A stretch of DNA of 64,000 bases from Utricularia gibba (lineage: Eukaryota > Plantae > Magnoliophyta), in assembly GCA_002189035.1 (NCBI GenBank), contig NEEC01000010.1, forward strand, positions 1,550,001-1,614,000, written 5' to 3'. Below the pieces are notes generated by a model. It was not told the origin of the DNA, did no database searches, and saw only the letters and a program-made list of their open reading frames with translations. The position numbers were made by a program, and so were the translations under genes. Positions 43,131 to 55,041 of this stretch are shown in pieces (position 1 is the stretch's first letter; each line of letters opens with the position of its first letter).

Positions 43131-43697
43131 GGTAAACACCGAGACCCACAAGTGAGTTGTTTTTTTTTTCTTTTTATCCGCAATGTGTAATTTGATTTCC
43201 CGACAAAATAAACCGTTGATTCTTTTGGCAATCTCACTTCCCCGCCAATAGAATTGGGGATCAAGGCTTTATGTTTGATCACCCAAATCAGGATGCGCAT
43301 TGTATTATTAGTTTTCTTCTACAAAGTAGTTAAATGGCCATCTTTAAATGATTCAAAGAGAAATGTGCAAATGAACAAATTATATAATTAGATTTTAAAA
43401 TCAGAATTGGAAATTATATAATTTTCTGAGCACAGGTCCATTATAATTAAATATGAGATTAAAATAAAAAAATAGTACAATTACATAGCATAGGTTGTAT
43501 AAATGTACATCATTATTTTAAAATCAGATTCAAATTATTATTCCATTGATTCATGAACTTTGAATTCAATCTTTTTTTCATAATTAAATTAAACTCAATT
43601 TATTATAAAAATATTATGAAAAAAATAAAAATAATTATTTAAATTTCGAAAAATATATATAAATTTGAATTGAATTAAATATAATTCCTGACCGGAG

Positions 43698-45153
43698 ATG
43701 ATCGATTGGCATTTGGCGGTTACCGAGTGACGGGAATCGAAGGCACGGGCGGCGATCTATCGCAACTGTACTCCCAAGCAAGAAAACTCTCTCTCAAGGT
43801 GAAAGAAGCCCTGGAGAGGCTTGAGCGTCTCGAATATACATCCTCGGTATCCTCGTCCAGGGCTGCCTTCTCGGTATCCTCGGATGATCAAGCAACCGCG
43901 ATTCGAAGAGACATAAGTGAGATCTTGAATCTTTGCTCTGATATGGATCGAGTTTGGCATTTCATTCCATCGAAAGCAACGCGAGATCTCTGGAAAAGGT
44001 TTTCTCCACCTTCTCATTCGTGTGTTGCCGCTTGATTGTAGGACCTCGCAAAATGTAAAATGGGCGTGTGAATTTAGTTCTACGTTCTATGAGTTATCTG
44101 GACGTTTTTTTTTCGATATTATGTATAAAGTACTCAAGCCAGTTTCAAATATTGCAATTCTCACATGAGCTGAATTTAAAAGGTTTTCTTGAATTAACTG
44201 ATGTGATTTTGATGTGTACACATCTATCCTGCGGGTGCATTTTTGCGGTCAATGAAGAGCCTGTCGGTAAATGCTAGGGCAGTCTTCTTGATCACGCCCC
44301 TGAAGCGCTCTGTCATCAGCTTCTGGTTGTACCTAAGCACTTTCTTTAGTCTGGAAAATACCTTTTAGGTGCTGGCTCATAGGATGGTGTGGTACATCCA
44401 GCGTTTGCTCTCTTTTTTTCATCGTCGTCTTGTAGAGCGTAATGCTTAAAATTGAGCCAACATGCTGGTGAAATGGCTTCACTTGGAGACTGAAGTATCG
44501 TATGAGTTGCAAAAGAGTTTTTTTTTTTCGTTCTTATAACTAATCATTATTTCAGCATTCTCTATACAGAAAAGTTGAGCATGCCAGCGAGGAGGCTGAG
44601 TCATTCAGGGGGGGTCTTGATAAATATCAAATGAGGCGACAGCAGAGAGTCCAGAAGATCCTTGACAGGGAAGAACTCCTAGGCCGAGCTGTATGTGAAT
44701 TCTTTGTTAAATTCTTCTATTTCCATATGCCAAACTCTTATATCTGATGATACGTGTTTCCACTTTCCAGAATGGCGATTCACATATTGATAGAATGTTT
44801 GATGAGGAGGCTCAAGCGATGGCATCAGTTCGCAACTCGTCTAGATTACTGGAGGATACTTTCTCTACTGGAATCGGCATCCTTTCACACTACAGCTCAC
44901 AGCGCGATCGATTAAAGGTGCATGCCCTTACATACATTGTTGCGAATCTCTAGTAATTAATTACTCAATCAAACTTCCATCCCTCTCTCAGAGAGCTCAA
45001 AGGAAAGCACTGGATATCCTCAACACCCTCGGTCTATCAAGCTCTCTCCTACGGCTCATCGAGAGACGCAACCGTGTCGACAAGTGGATCAAGTACGGTG
45101 GGATGACATTAACCATGATCACTGTCATCATTTTCTGGGGGTGGACAAGATGA
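43698..45153 (+). CDS. MEMB11: Membrin (Golgi Qb-SNARE, Bos1/GOSR2 family), 4 exons; start codon ambiguous
   Basis: LSQLYSQARKL...LERLERLE, RDLWKRKVE, FDEEAQAMASVRNSSRLLE, QRDRLKRAQRKALDILNTLGLS, RRNRVDKWIKYGGM plus a C-terminal TM. There is no in-frame ATG upstream of the N-terminal helix. Confidence 0.9.
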
Positions 45154-45841
45154 CCACTCAAGATCCTTAACTTCCTTTTCAACTGTACGTATCTCTCTAC
45201 AATGGGTTTTCATCCTCTGATTCACCCCATTCATTCAGTAGATCAGGTTTGATACCTAAACAATTGAGGAAGTTTTTGTACGTTTTGCTGGTATAGCTCT
45301 CACATTTAAACGAGTGTGCGGATTCAATTTCACTCTGCACCACCACAGACGCTGTATACCTGTGCATAACCCCATGGTTGATTGTGTCTCCATCATCTGT
45401 GAGATTATTCATGCTGTAGCCCTTTTCGGTTATTTCTGTTATTGTACTTGGGGCGCGACGGGGCACTGGTCAGGAAATGTATGATGCACTTGTGCTTAGA
45501 TAGGTAGGTACGGTAGTGATTTTTGTATGCAGTAATGATTTCTAAATATGTTGATTATTGATGTTGTAATAATTTGTGTATTCATTACAAATATTGAATT
45601 GGAAAATGTGAAATAATTGAGTAGAAAATGTTGGTGCGCCTTCAATGGCGGAACTACGTGGTGCCACGGCAACAGATGGCGCCAACACGTGTCCTCCCAT
45701 GCTGTGCTTACTAAAGAGTGAGGGATGGCCAACTGGACTCGCAGAGCAAGGCGGTAAGAAAATGGAGGGAGGGGAGGAGGGAAGGAGAGAAAATCACAAC
45801 GGAAGCAAGAGCAGGAGCAGCGGCGAGCGCCACCCGACCCG

Positions 45842-45997
45842 ATGGCGAAAGCCCGAGAAGTCCTCGGAGAAGCGATCATCGGAAAATCTCACGGCGGAGG
45901 CGAAGACGAAGACGAGTCCGGGCGGGCGTCCAGGCCGGAAGATTTGCTAGCTTATTCAAGGGCTGTGGGTGGCGCAGATTCGTCGTCGCTGGGGTGA
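45842..45997 (+). CDS. 51-aa small protein MAKAREVLGEAIIGKSHGGGEDEDESGRASRPEDLLAYSRAVGGADSSSLG
   Basis: ATGGC context in a GC-rich island with a purine-rich leader and a probable 3' UTR intron (46011-46152). The C-terminal PEDLLAYSR.V...DSS motif resembles a small uncharacterised plant family I recall but did not verify. Confidence 0.65.
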   Translation: MAKAREVLGEAIIGKSHGGGEDEDESGRASRPEDLLAYSRAVGGADSSSLG

Positions 45998-47047
45998 ACT
46001 GCCATTCCCCGTAACGCTAAATTCTCGTCTTTTGCTTAAATAAAACTAGTTTTGAGCGGTTGCCTTTCTCTGAATCGGTGATCCCGGTGGCCGGGTTTAG
46101 GATTCACAGTTGCATGTGTTAAGAATATCTTACCCTAAACTGTATTGTGCAGGAAAGATAGTAATAATATATTGCTGTATCTTTGGGGCCATGGGCTCCT
46201 GGTGCCGCAATCATCCCGCATCCTGAACCCATCCATGTTCATAGCACCAAGCTCTCCCACGTTCAAAAAGCCAGTGGCTGGTACTTTTTTCTGACCAAAC
46301 AACTGCTACCCCGGGGCCCCACGCCCTGAAACTACAATGAATGCCCTTGCAGCAAGGATGAAATCGCGACTTCCACACTTCGACCATATTAATATAGGGT
46401 TTACTAAAATTAAATATGGTCATTAGTTTTAACATGTGTTAGGAGAAACTGATATCAATTAATGAAAAGGATCAAGTTTTAAGATGAATTAAATAATTAA
46501 TTTAATATATCATTATTATACAAAGTAAAAATACAATACTCATACTTGAATAAAACCACTCCGTTCCTTACTTTTATTTAAACCTTTTTTTTTTTTTTTG
46601 TTTACATAACTCATTTTCAGTCCCAAGGTTTCCCATGCAACATGAGAATCCAATATCTCATCATTGTCTTTTTTTGTTGGTTCTCTTGTCTGTGAGCACA
46701 TTCTCATCACTACGTTCCGTTGCGTACAAAAAGAAGCCCGTAATTTGCTTTAAAAGTGCAATGTGTAATGAAGGTGTTAAAATATTGCCACAGCCGTTAA
46801 GGCAAGGCAATGAAAGAGAGAGGAAACAGCAGCCCAAATTGGAGTCGAGACAAGCCACCCTCCACCTTGTACTACTAACCCTTGCCCTGTCTTCACGCTT
46901 AGGACACATAACAAGAACACACAATACCGTTCATTATACAGCCGCATATGAATGAATCCCATACATCAAGGTTTCCATCCCATTAGCCGTACGGAAAAAA
47001 TACAGTGGAACATTCTAGAGTATTGAATGAAGGTGACAAGAATCGAA

Positions 47048-47296
47048 TCACAGGAGTTCGAGTTTCTTAGAGCAGCTGGTGCAGATGTACCTCTGCTTGA
47101 GGACGGATCCCACCGGGATGAAGCACAGCGTCAGCCGGCGCTCCACCACCGTCGCCGCCACCCTTCCGCGGCAGTAGGGGCATGTCCCCGTCGCTTCCCG
47201 CCGCCCCAGCTCCCTCTCCTCGCCCTCCAAGATTCTCCCCTTCTTGATTCCCACTTTCCTCTCCCCAGAGCTCTCTCTCCCCTCCTCGCGTCCCAT
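47048..47296 (-). CDS. Small zinc-ribbon protein (zinc_ribbon_15-like plant family), intronless
   Basis: EERELGRREATGTCPYCRGRV...LCFIP...RYICTSCSKKLEL contains two CxxC pairs with family-typical spacing. Confidence 0.85.
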   Translation of the reverse strand: MGREEGRESSGERKVGIKKGRILEGEERELGRREATGTCPYCRGRVAATVVERRLTLCFIPVGSVLKQRYICTSCSKKLELL

Positions 47297-49873
47297 TGCA
47301 ATGCTCTTTGTTCCGGAAATGGGAGACCACTTTTCTTCTTATAGCCAATTCTTTTTTTTCTTTTTTCCCTGCTCATTTTTGTAAATAAAATTTTCCCTAT
47401 TATCATTATTATTATTTTCGCCTTTTTGTAAATAATAATAAATAATGCTGAAATTGAACGTTGGACTTGGAACATTCCTTGGAATCTACGGAAGATTCAA
47501 AGTAACCTAACCCCAACGACCATTTTGGCCTTCCGCGTTATTGTTCTAATGACCATGTGCTCAAAAAGGGTCTTCGAAAGAAACTAAACTATGGGCTGGC
47601 CGACCAGCCTTCGCGGCCCAATATCTGAATAATATCAAAATAATTTATAAATATATGATAGGATACAGTTTGTGGATAATATTATAAGTTACAATCAATA
47701 TAAATAATTTAATTTTCAAGTTTTAAAATTACATTATAAATCCTTCAATTTATTTTTTTTGCACTCAAATTTATGAAATTATATATTCAAATTATTATGT
47801 TACGAAAACTAATCAATTTTTATTATAATGTTATTATAATTGTCTGTCATTGTAAACAATATTCATAATTTTCAGTCTGTATATTATGATAGTCATATCC
47901 TTGTCGAACTCTAAAAATCACGAGACGCAATATAATTCTAACAAGATATTTAGATTTGTCAAACTCTAATATAAAATTTTATTAGATGTGAAATAATATT
48001 TTTAAAACTTTTAAAAACCGTTTGAATCTTTATTACATGATTTTGACAACTTTAAATTTTTTTTCATAATTTTGAAACTTGAAAATTAAATTCATCATAG
48101 TGATCGAAACTTGAAATATAATTTTCATAATTTTCTCATAAATTATGGATATGAATTATACCCTCTCGCATGAAAGAAGTAATTAATATAATAATTTTTT
48201 CCCACTCATTAATTCCACTTTATTCTCAGCGCCGCAACATTTATACACGTCATTAAAACTCGTGTGTAATTTGTAGCAAGAGTCAATTGGAGTCTTTTAA
48301 GACAACAGTTATTACAATGATGAAATATCGCATAAAACTAATGCGTGCATTGAAGATGTCTTTAAGTGAATTGAGATGCCTTAGCAATGCACATGCTTAA
48401 TATTAAAGAATCACAACTCTGAAAATATCTAAAAAAAAAAAGTAAAATCATTTAATTTATTTTAGTGCACTTCGATAGAGATGCATTGGCTCAATAGATG
48501 GGATGGGGAGACATCATGAAAGTTATAATTTTTCAATTCTAGAAAAATAAAAAATGTTTTTAAATGTTTTATGTAAAAGAGATAATAAAAGTAAAGTATT
48601 TGTTTTGTAATTTGAAGCCATGATTCATGTTATATAGAACAGAATATGTTAATGTAATCAGTTTGATTATTGTAAAACTTTTTTATGCAAGAACATAATA
48701 TTATATTATAAAATTTATTAAAATAAATATATATTATAAAATTTAATATATTAAATTATTATATATTTTAAAATTATGATATAAATATATTTTAAAATAA
48801 ATAAAAATGAATAATATACTTTTTATAATTAATTTCTTCTTTAATAATTAAAATATATATTCAAAAAATTCAATAATTTTTTATTTTACTATGTGATTAT
48901 AATCTTTAAAAATTAAACAAACAGTTGTAAAACATGTGTTGAAACAGCAGGTGGTGAGGGTTGATTGATAAGCTACGGTGGTAGGCGATATTTGTAGATG
49001 TCGGAAAAGGTGCATTTTGGGGGCGCGGTGGGTTGATCTTAAATGCGGTAATGGAGTTGTAGAGGGCGTAGAGGCGTGGACTGGACTGCTTTCCAGATTC
49101 AATGTGAGCCACCAAAGCCGGTGGGACTCTCACTTCACTGGGAGGATGGCTGGCTGGCTGGCTGGTGGAGTCAGCCATGAACTTGGATTGGGGCGACGTC
49201 ACCCTCAGCCGCGACGGCGACGCTCCTGCACTGCACCAACCGCCGTTGCCATTGCCAATTGGGTTTGGTTGGGTACAAGTTTGCTCCCATGTCACCCACC
49301 GGAGTTACACACTCCGACTGCTCACCTCATCCCACTCCTTCATGCCACCGGTATGGATGGATGCGTGATCATTAGGTAAACTTTGTTAGAATATATAATT
49401 TCATATCGAAAAAATGAAAATGAAATAATATTAAGTTTAATCTTTTCTAATATGATTCACGTTTTTTTTATGTATTTGGACTTCACATATACACTTGTTT
49501 GACTCAAATTTATTAGTTAGATTTATATTTGATTGTATCTATAAAAACGGATCAAATTCAAAGGAATAATGGACTACCTTTTATTTTCTCTCAAATCAAT
49601 AAGTACACTATAAAAGATAAATAGGTTAGTATTCAAATACTAATTATTTATATTTCAAAAATATAAATGTATATTTTTTTTTATTTTTCATTATAAACAA
49701 TTTTCAATCAATGTTTTTGAAAAGTAAAACTTCATATAGAACTTGAGAATTTTTTATAAGAGATTGTGAAAATAAAAAAAATATGTGAATGAAATAGTTT
49801 ATTATATTTAAAAAATAATAAAATGTTTTTATTTTATTTTTACTGAAAACGAAAAGTTACTGGGGGTAGAGGT

Positions 49874-49877
<4 letters not shown>

Positions 49878-49904
<27 letters not shown>
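49878..49904 (+). repeat. G27 homopolymer followed by TGGGGTGGGTGGG (G-quadruplex-capable)
   Basis: Direct reading. It lies upstream of the SHOU4-family leader exon. Confidence 0.85.
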
Positions 49905-51153
49905 TGGGGTGGGTGGGCGCGGGCGTGATTTCTTCTTTCACATGATCTCAACTGCAGACGAAAACTGATGGAGGAACCGAAAGCAGATGAGGTGTTTATC
50001 ACACCTTTTCTATTTCGCACTTGACGCAGGTGCGGACGCCTCCAGGGCTTGAGTCCCCCGTTTCCGATATTCCTTCATCTCTGCATTTCACGCCTAACGC
50101 CTCCTTCCAGCCACCTGATTCTTCCACATGTCTCTCCTACCTTCTTCTTCTTCAGGTTTGCTTCAGCCTCTTCTTTTTGTTTTCTGGGGAATATGGTGTT
50201 GTAATTCTCCTTTCTGCTGATCTTCATTGAAATGGGTATGTGGGTTTTCTCGGATGGAGACGGCATTTGGTGAAATGTTTTCTGGGTGTTAGGATTATAG
50301 TAGATGTCAGTCAATGGGGGTAGGGAGTGTTGAAGTTCTTCGATTTCTACTCATGAATCTTTGGGGTTTTACAAGATTCTATTTTTGTTTTATGAGATCC
50401 TTAATTTCTTCGCCTATGGAAGCATTGACTGAAGCTCGATTTTGAATTACCCAGTTTCTCCATTCCCGATCCGTTTTCTTTGGTTGGGATGTTTTTGGAT
50501 ATGAGAACTCGTCCTTAAGACTTCCTACTGGGAGCTTGGTTTTCACGTGTTTCAACTGTGTACATTGATTAGTGCTGTGACTCCTATTGCTACTCAATTT
50601 TTTTGACAGTATGCTCTGTTCTGGTCGTCGTCTTGTTGGTACTGATGAGCGACTCATGTTTCTTCTTCTCAGATCTGGGGTTTAGGCATGATTTTTCCTC
50701 GAAGTTTGCTGACTTACTTTTCTACACTAATTGTGAGCACTTCACTGATGCTCATTGGTTCCTGTCGCCTTAAGCTGTTGATGGCTGTTTAGACTGAAAG
50801 TTTTTATAATTAGGTTATTGGAATTGTTTTGAGTTCTGAACCCTTACCACTTTTGATAAGTAGACATTTCTTCACATGGTTTTTTCTAGATTGGTCATTC
50901 AGGTATACCGGTCACATAAAGGAGTTAAGTGTGGCTCAGAAAATGGATTCTGTGAATTCCAGTTTTTATATGTTTATTTTTACCGGATTTTGTTAGTGGA
51001 GATTACTTTTGTAAGTTGAATGGATGTTTAGGTCTGATGATTCATGATTGCCTTCTAGGTAAAACCCATTGGGATAACCGTCATGTTACCAATGAGCACC
51101 TAGTCTGAGTTAGCGATCAAGCTTCTAGTGCATTTAGAGAAACAGTTGGAATT

Positions 51154-52889
51154 ATGGGTTCACGATTTCCATCTCATCAACTAAGCAATGGCCTTTATGT
51201 ATCGGGCCGTCCAGAGCAGCCAAAAGAGAAGACTCCGATCATAAGCTCAGTTGCCATGCCATATACCGGAGGTGACATAAAGAAATCTGGGGAACTTGGT
51301 AAAATGTTTGATATTTCTATGGAAGGTTCCAGGTCTCGAAAATCTGGTCCTATTAACAATGCCCCTTCAAGGACTGGCTCTTTTGGTGGAGCAACTACTC
51401 ATTCGGGCCAACTGAATTCTGTGGGACGTTCTTCTGCCTCTGCTAGCAGTATTCCTGGATCTGGTTCTATGAAGAAGACAAATTCTGGACCACTAAATAA
51501 ACATGGTGAGCCATTGAAAAAATCATCAGGTCCGCAGGTTGGAGTCACGGTTACTTCTCGCCAGAATTCTGGACCTCTTCCTCCTGTTTTGCCTACTACC
51601 GGTCTTATTACCTCAGGACCCATTACATCTGGGCCGTTGAATTCTTCGGGGCTCAAAGGAAGGCTTCTGGACCATTGGAGTCAAAGACTTCAATTAAGAT
51701 CCACAATGCTTCTCTATTAAACAACCAGGCTGTGACGCACCTCAGCCTGGAGGATGACTATTCATTCCACAAGAGTTTCCCAAAGTTGATTCTGTGGGCA
51801 ATCATTCTTCTCTTTGTTATGGGATTTATTGCTGGTGGTTTCATCCTTGCTGCAGTTCGAAATCCCATTCTTCTTGTTGTGGTTGTTATCTTATTTGCTT
51901 CAGTGCTTGCTGTATTTACATGGAATAGTTTCTGGGGTCGGAGAGCTATCAGTGGTTTTATAGCAAGCTATCCAGATACAGAATTACGGTCAGCAAAAGA
52001 TGGGCAGTTTGTTAAAGTTTCTGGGGTACGCTGTTTTCTAATGTATCACTGAGAGTTTTACATTTGGAAGTGTTCCTTAACAGCTTTTGGTTTGGACTTT
52101 TCAAGGTTGTCACTTGTGGAAACGTTCCTCTTGAATCATCATTCCAAAAGGTTCCCCGATGTGTTTATACATCAACCAGTTTATATGAATATCGTGGATG
52201 GAATTCAAAGGCTGCTAGTCCCACTCATCGCCGTTTCACTTGGGGCCTTCGAAACTTAGAGGTGAGCTGGACTGTTATCTTGTTGCATGAAACTGCGATT
52301 TATTACATACATCAATACTAACGTTAGTATTTGTTATCATACTGGCGCATGCTAGTTTACATCTTATCCTTAATCCAACATTTTCTTTTCTTCCCCATCT
52401 CAGAGGCATGTGGTCGACTTTTACATTTCTGACTTCCAGTCTGGGCTAAGGGCTTTGGTCAAGACTGGTTCTGGCGCACGGGTGACTCCTTATGTTGAGG
52501 AATCTGTGGTCGTTGACATCAACCCTTCTAATAAGGACATGTCCCCTGAATTCATCAGATGGTTAGGACAACGTGGCCTCTCGCCTGAAGACCGCATGAT
52601 GCGGCTCAAAGAAGGGTAAATCAAATCATATATTCTTTGAAAAGCTGTTCTCAGCCAATTTTTTGGAGTTCTAAATTTTATGCCACCCATTAACTGGTAC
52701 ATCAAAGAAGGTAGCAGTGTGAGTGTTATGGGTGTGGTGCAGCGGAATGAGAATGTTCTAATGATTGTTCCTCCATCGGAATCTTTCTCAACCGGATGCC
52801 AGTGGACCAAGTTTATCCTTCCAGCCAGTCTGGAGGGCATTGTGTTGGGATGCGAAGACTCTTCGAAAATTGATGCTATACCAGTTTAA
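51154..52889 (+). CDS. SHOU4: SHOU4/SHOU4-like membrane protein (At1g78880/At1g16860 family), 4 coding exons; apparent 1-bp deletion at 51648-51651
   Basis: MGSRFPSHQLSNGLYVSGRPEQPKE, PYTGGDIKKSGELGKMFDI, repeated SGP motifs, two TM helices, VTCGNVPLESSFQKVPRCVYTS, RHVVDFYISDFQSGLRALVK, YIKEGS...DAIPV*. Confidence 0.93.
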
Positions 52890-55041
52890 AGGATGGACAG
52901 ACCAAGAGAAACTGCAGCAGCAACAGAGCATGAAAGAATAGTATGTGGATCAGGTGTACAGTTTTCTTCTTTTGTGTGTGCACCTATTTTCTCATCTTCT
53001 TCCCATAAGCTGCCTCCATCTCGTTTTGATGGAGGAGCTTGAGCTTGGATGATATAGTTAACAAGAAGGCGAAGAAGATGCATTTTCGAATTTGTTTCTG
53101 GTAGAAGCTTGTCAAACTCAACGGTTTTTGAGGTTGTCAGAATTTATCTCTGAACATCATATATATGGTTTCTTTTATTAGCATGAACAATTATTTTTAT
53201 AGCATTCTCATGAATATCTGTATGAAAGGTATCATTTCAGTTTAAAAAAAAAAGATAGTGTCATTATGATTTTGTAAGCTTGAAACTCCCCATGGAAGTT
53301 TTTGAGCCATATGAGGCTATTCACCATTCTTGCTCATCAGTGCTTGTAACAACCAACAGATATACCACTTGAATGTTTACCATCCCATATCAGCTCTTGG
53401 CTGTGAGCTATTAAAGAGATCGTAATAAAACACTATTATCATCATTAATTCGTGCTGTTTCTTGTTATTTTTTGGATTAGGATTCACCATATTCATTTCT
53501 CGCCATGGGATGTAATGCACCTTATGTTTTAGAAGCCTATTCGTGCTTCTGGTATGCTGCCCAGTTACATCACCATGATTGATTGCTTTTCTCACAACCC
53601 AAAAACACAGGTCATCTGCTCAAAGTTGTATCCATAAGCAATGCTCTCTGCCCATTTCGATTGTGTACTATTTTATGATAAGGATGGTGTTAGTTTCTTA
53701 TCATGATTCTTGTGCATAATCTGTAACATTCCTATTGGGAGACCAAAAAGATTTACCCAAGTCATATACTGACTCGTAGAATGTTGCATATAGCAACTGT
53801 AAGACATTATCTGAATTACAATAATTCCTCCGCTGGGGCACAGAGTTCTTTTGCGATGAACAGCAATGGATATCTTTGGAGATTCTTAACCATCACAGTT
53901 TGCTAGTCACAATCAATTAAAAGCAGCATGGTGTTTGAGAAATAGAAAGAATTTTCAATGGTCTGTTCAATAGCTATATGTGGCCTGGGCTTTATGTAAA
54001 AACTGCATTGTACTCTTTATTTTTATTTTTGTACTCTTAGTTCCTCTTTCTACAAACTCTCTCGTCTAGGAGTCTTGGGCCCTGAAGAATATCGTCCGTG
54101 TGACTTTTATTGATGCAACTGCATGAATGGGAGATTAAGGGTATACACAAAATCCTATACTTCTTGCTTTTCGTGCTTCATGTTCAGCGCATGTAAGAAT
54201 ATTTGTGAAACTTGTTCGTTTTGCGTAATTTGTGGTTTTTTTGTTTGTTTGTCGCTGAATAGTTGTTGGAAATTCACCGTAGAATAACCATAGGAAGTTT
54301 TCGTTGATTGATGCGTTGTTGCAGAATTGCGAGTCGGATTTGAAGTCTGGAATTCTTGAAAGAAACCCTTTTTATGAAAATTACCAAAAAAGAGGATCAA
54401 AGAGAGAAAGAATAACACTCCCAAATTTAATTGCACACTGGAATCAAGATTAGGTTGATGCTGTTTCTTTTTTTCCTGAAAAGAGAGTTTTCATCCTATG
54501 TTGGTATGATTCTTATGAGATGACGGGTAATTTGATAGGGATTGGAAGAATTTGTTTGGGATTCTGATTTAGGTGATTCATGAGAAGGAAAAATGCCCAA
54601 GAGGTAAAACGTTGGAACGCATTGTATTCAAGGTTTAGGATGAATTGATAAAAGCATTTTATGGGCTTTCCTTATCCGGATTTTTAATCGTAACTTTCTG
54701 AAAATTCTTGTTTAAATAGGAAATATTTACATGATATCCGTGGAAATTTTTATGATTGGAAACATACACGCCTATGTTTATGATCTATTTGTTTTTTCAG
54801 TGTAGTGTGCATCTCTTTTTTTTTTTTGTTGTTCTACTAGTTTTTGGAATAAAATTGGGTGGGTTTTTATACAAGATTGTAATGATGCTATGAACTTCAT
54901 GGGGAAGAACCTTTAGGCCGATATCTTCTGATTTTAGTCAAGTTATGCCTTTACTTGAACACCAGGAGACCTGTCATACTGTCGTTTTGTTTTTTATGTG
55001 TTCTCTTTTGGTTGGGTTCAGTGCCAGGTTTCATTGACTGG

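Noticed and set aside
45197-45466. 89-aa minus ORF downstream of membrin
   Set aside because: It has a GTG start, lies antisense to the membrin 3' region and shows no family resemblance.
53337-53444. Box C/D snoRNA candidate (ATGATGA...CTGA, minus strand) and a 10-nt 25S rRNA complement (CTTGGCTGTG, plus strand)
   Set aside because: There is no terminal stem, and the rRNA complement is on the opposite strand and not next to a D box. A 10-nt match is expected by chance.
54155-54436. 93-aa minus ORF resembling a secreted peptide precursor
   Set aside because: It has no ATG, and it is the complement of the T-rich 5' leader/intron of the PHD gene.
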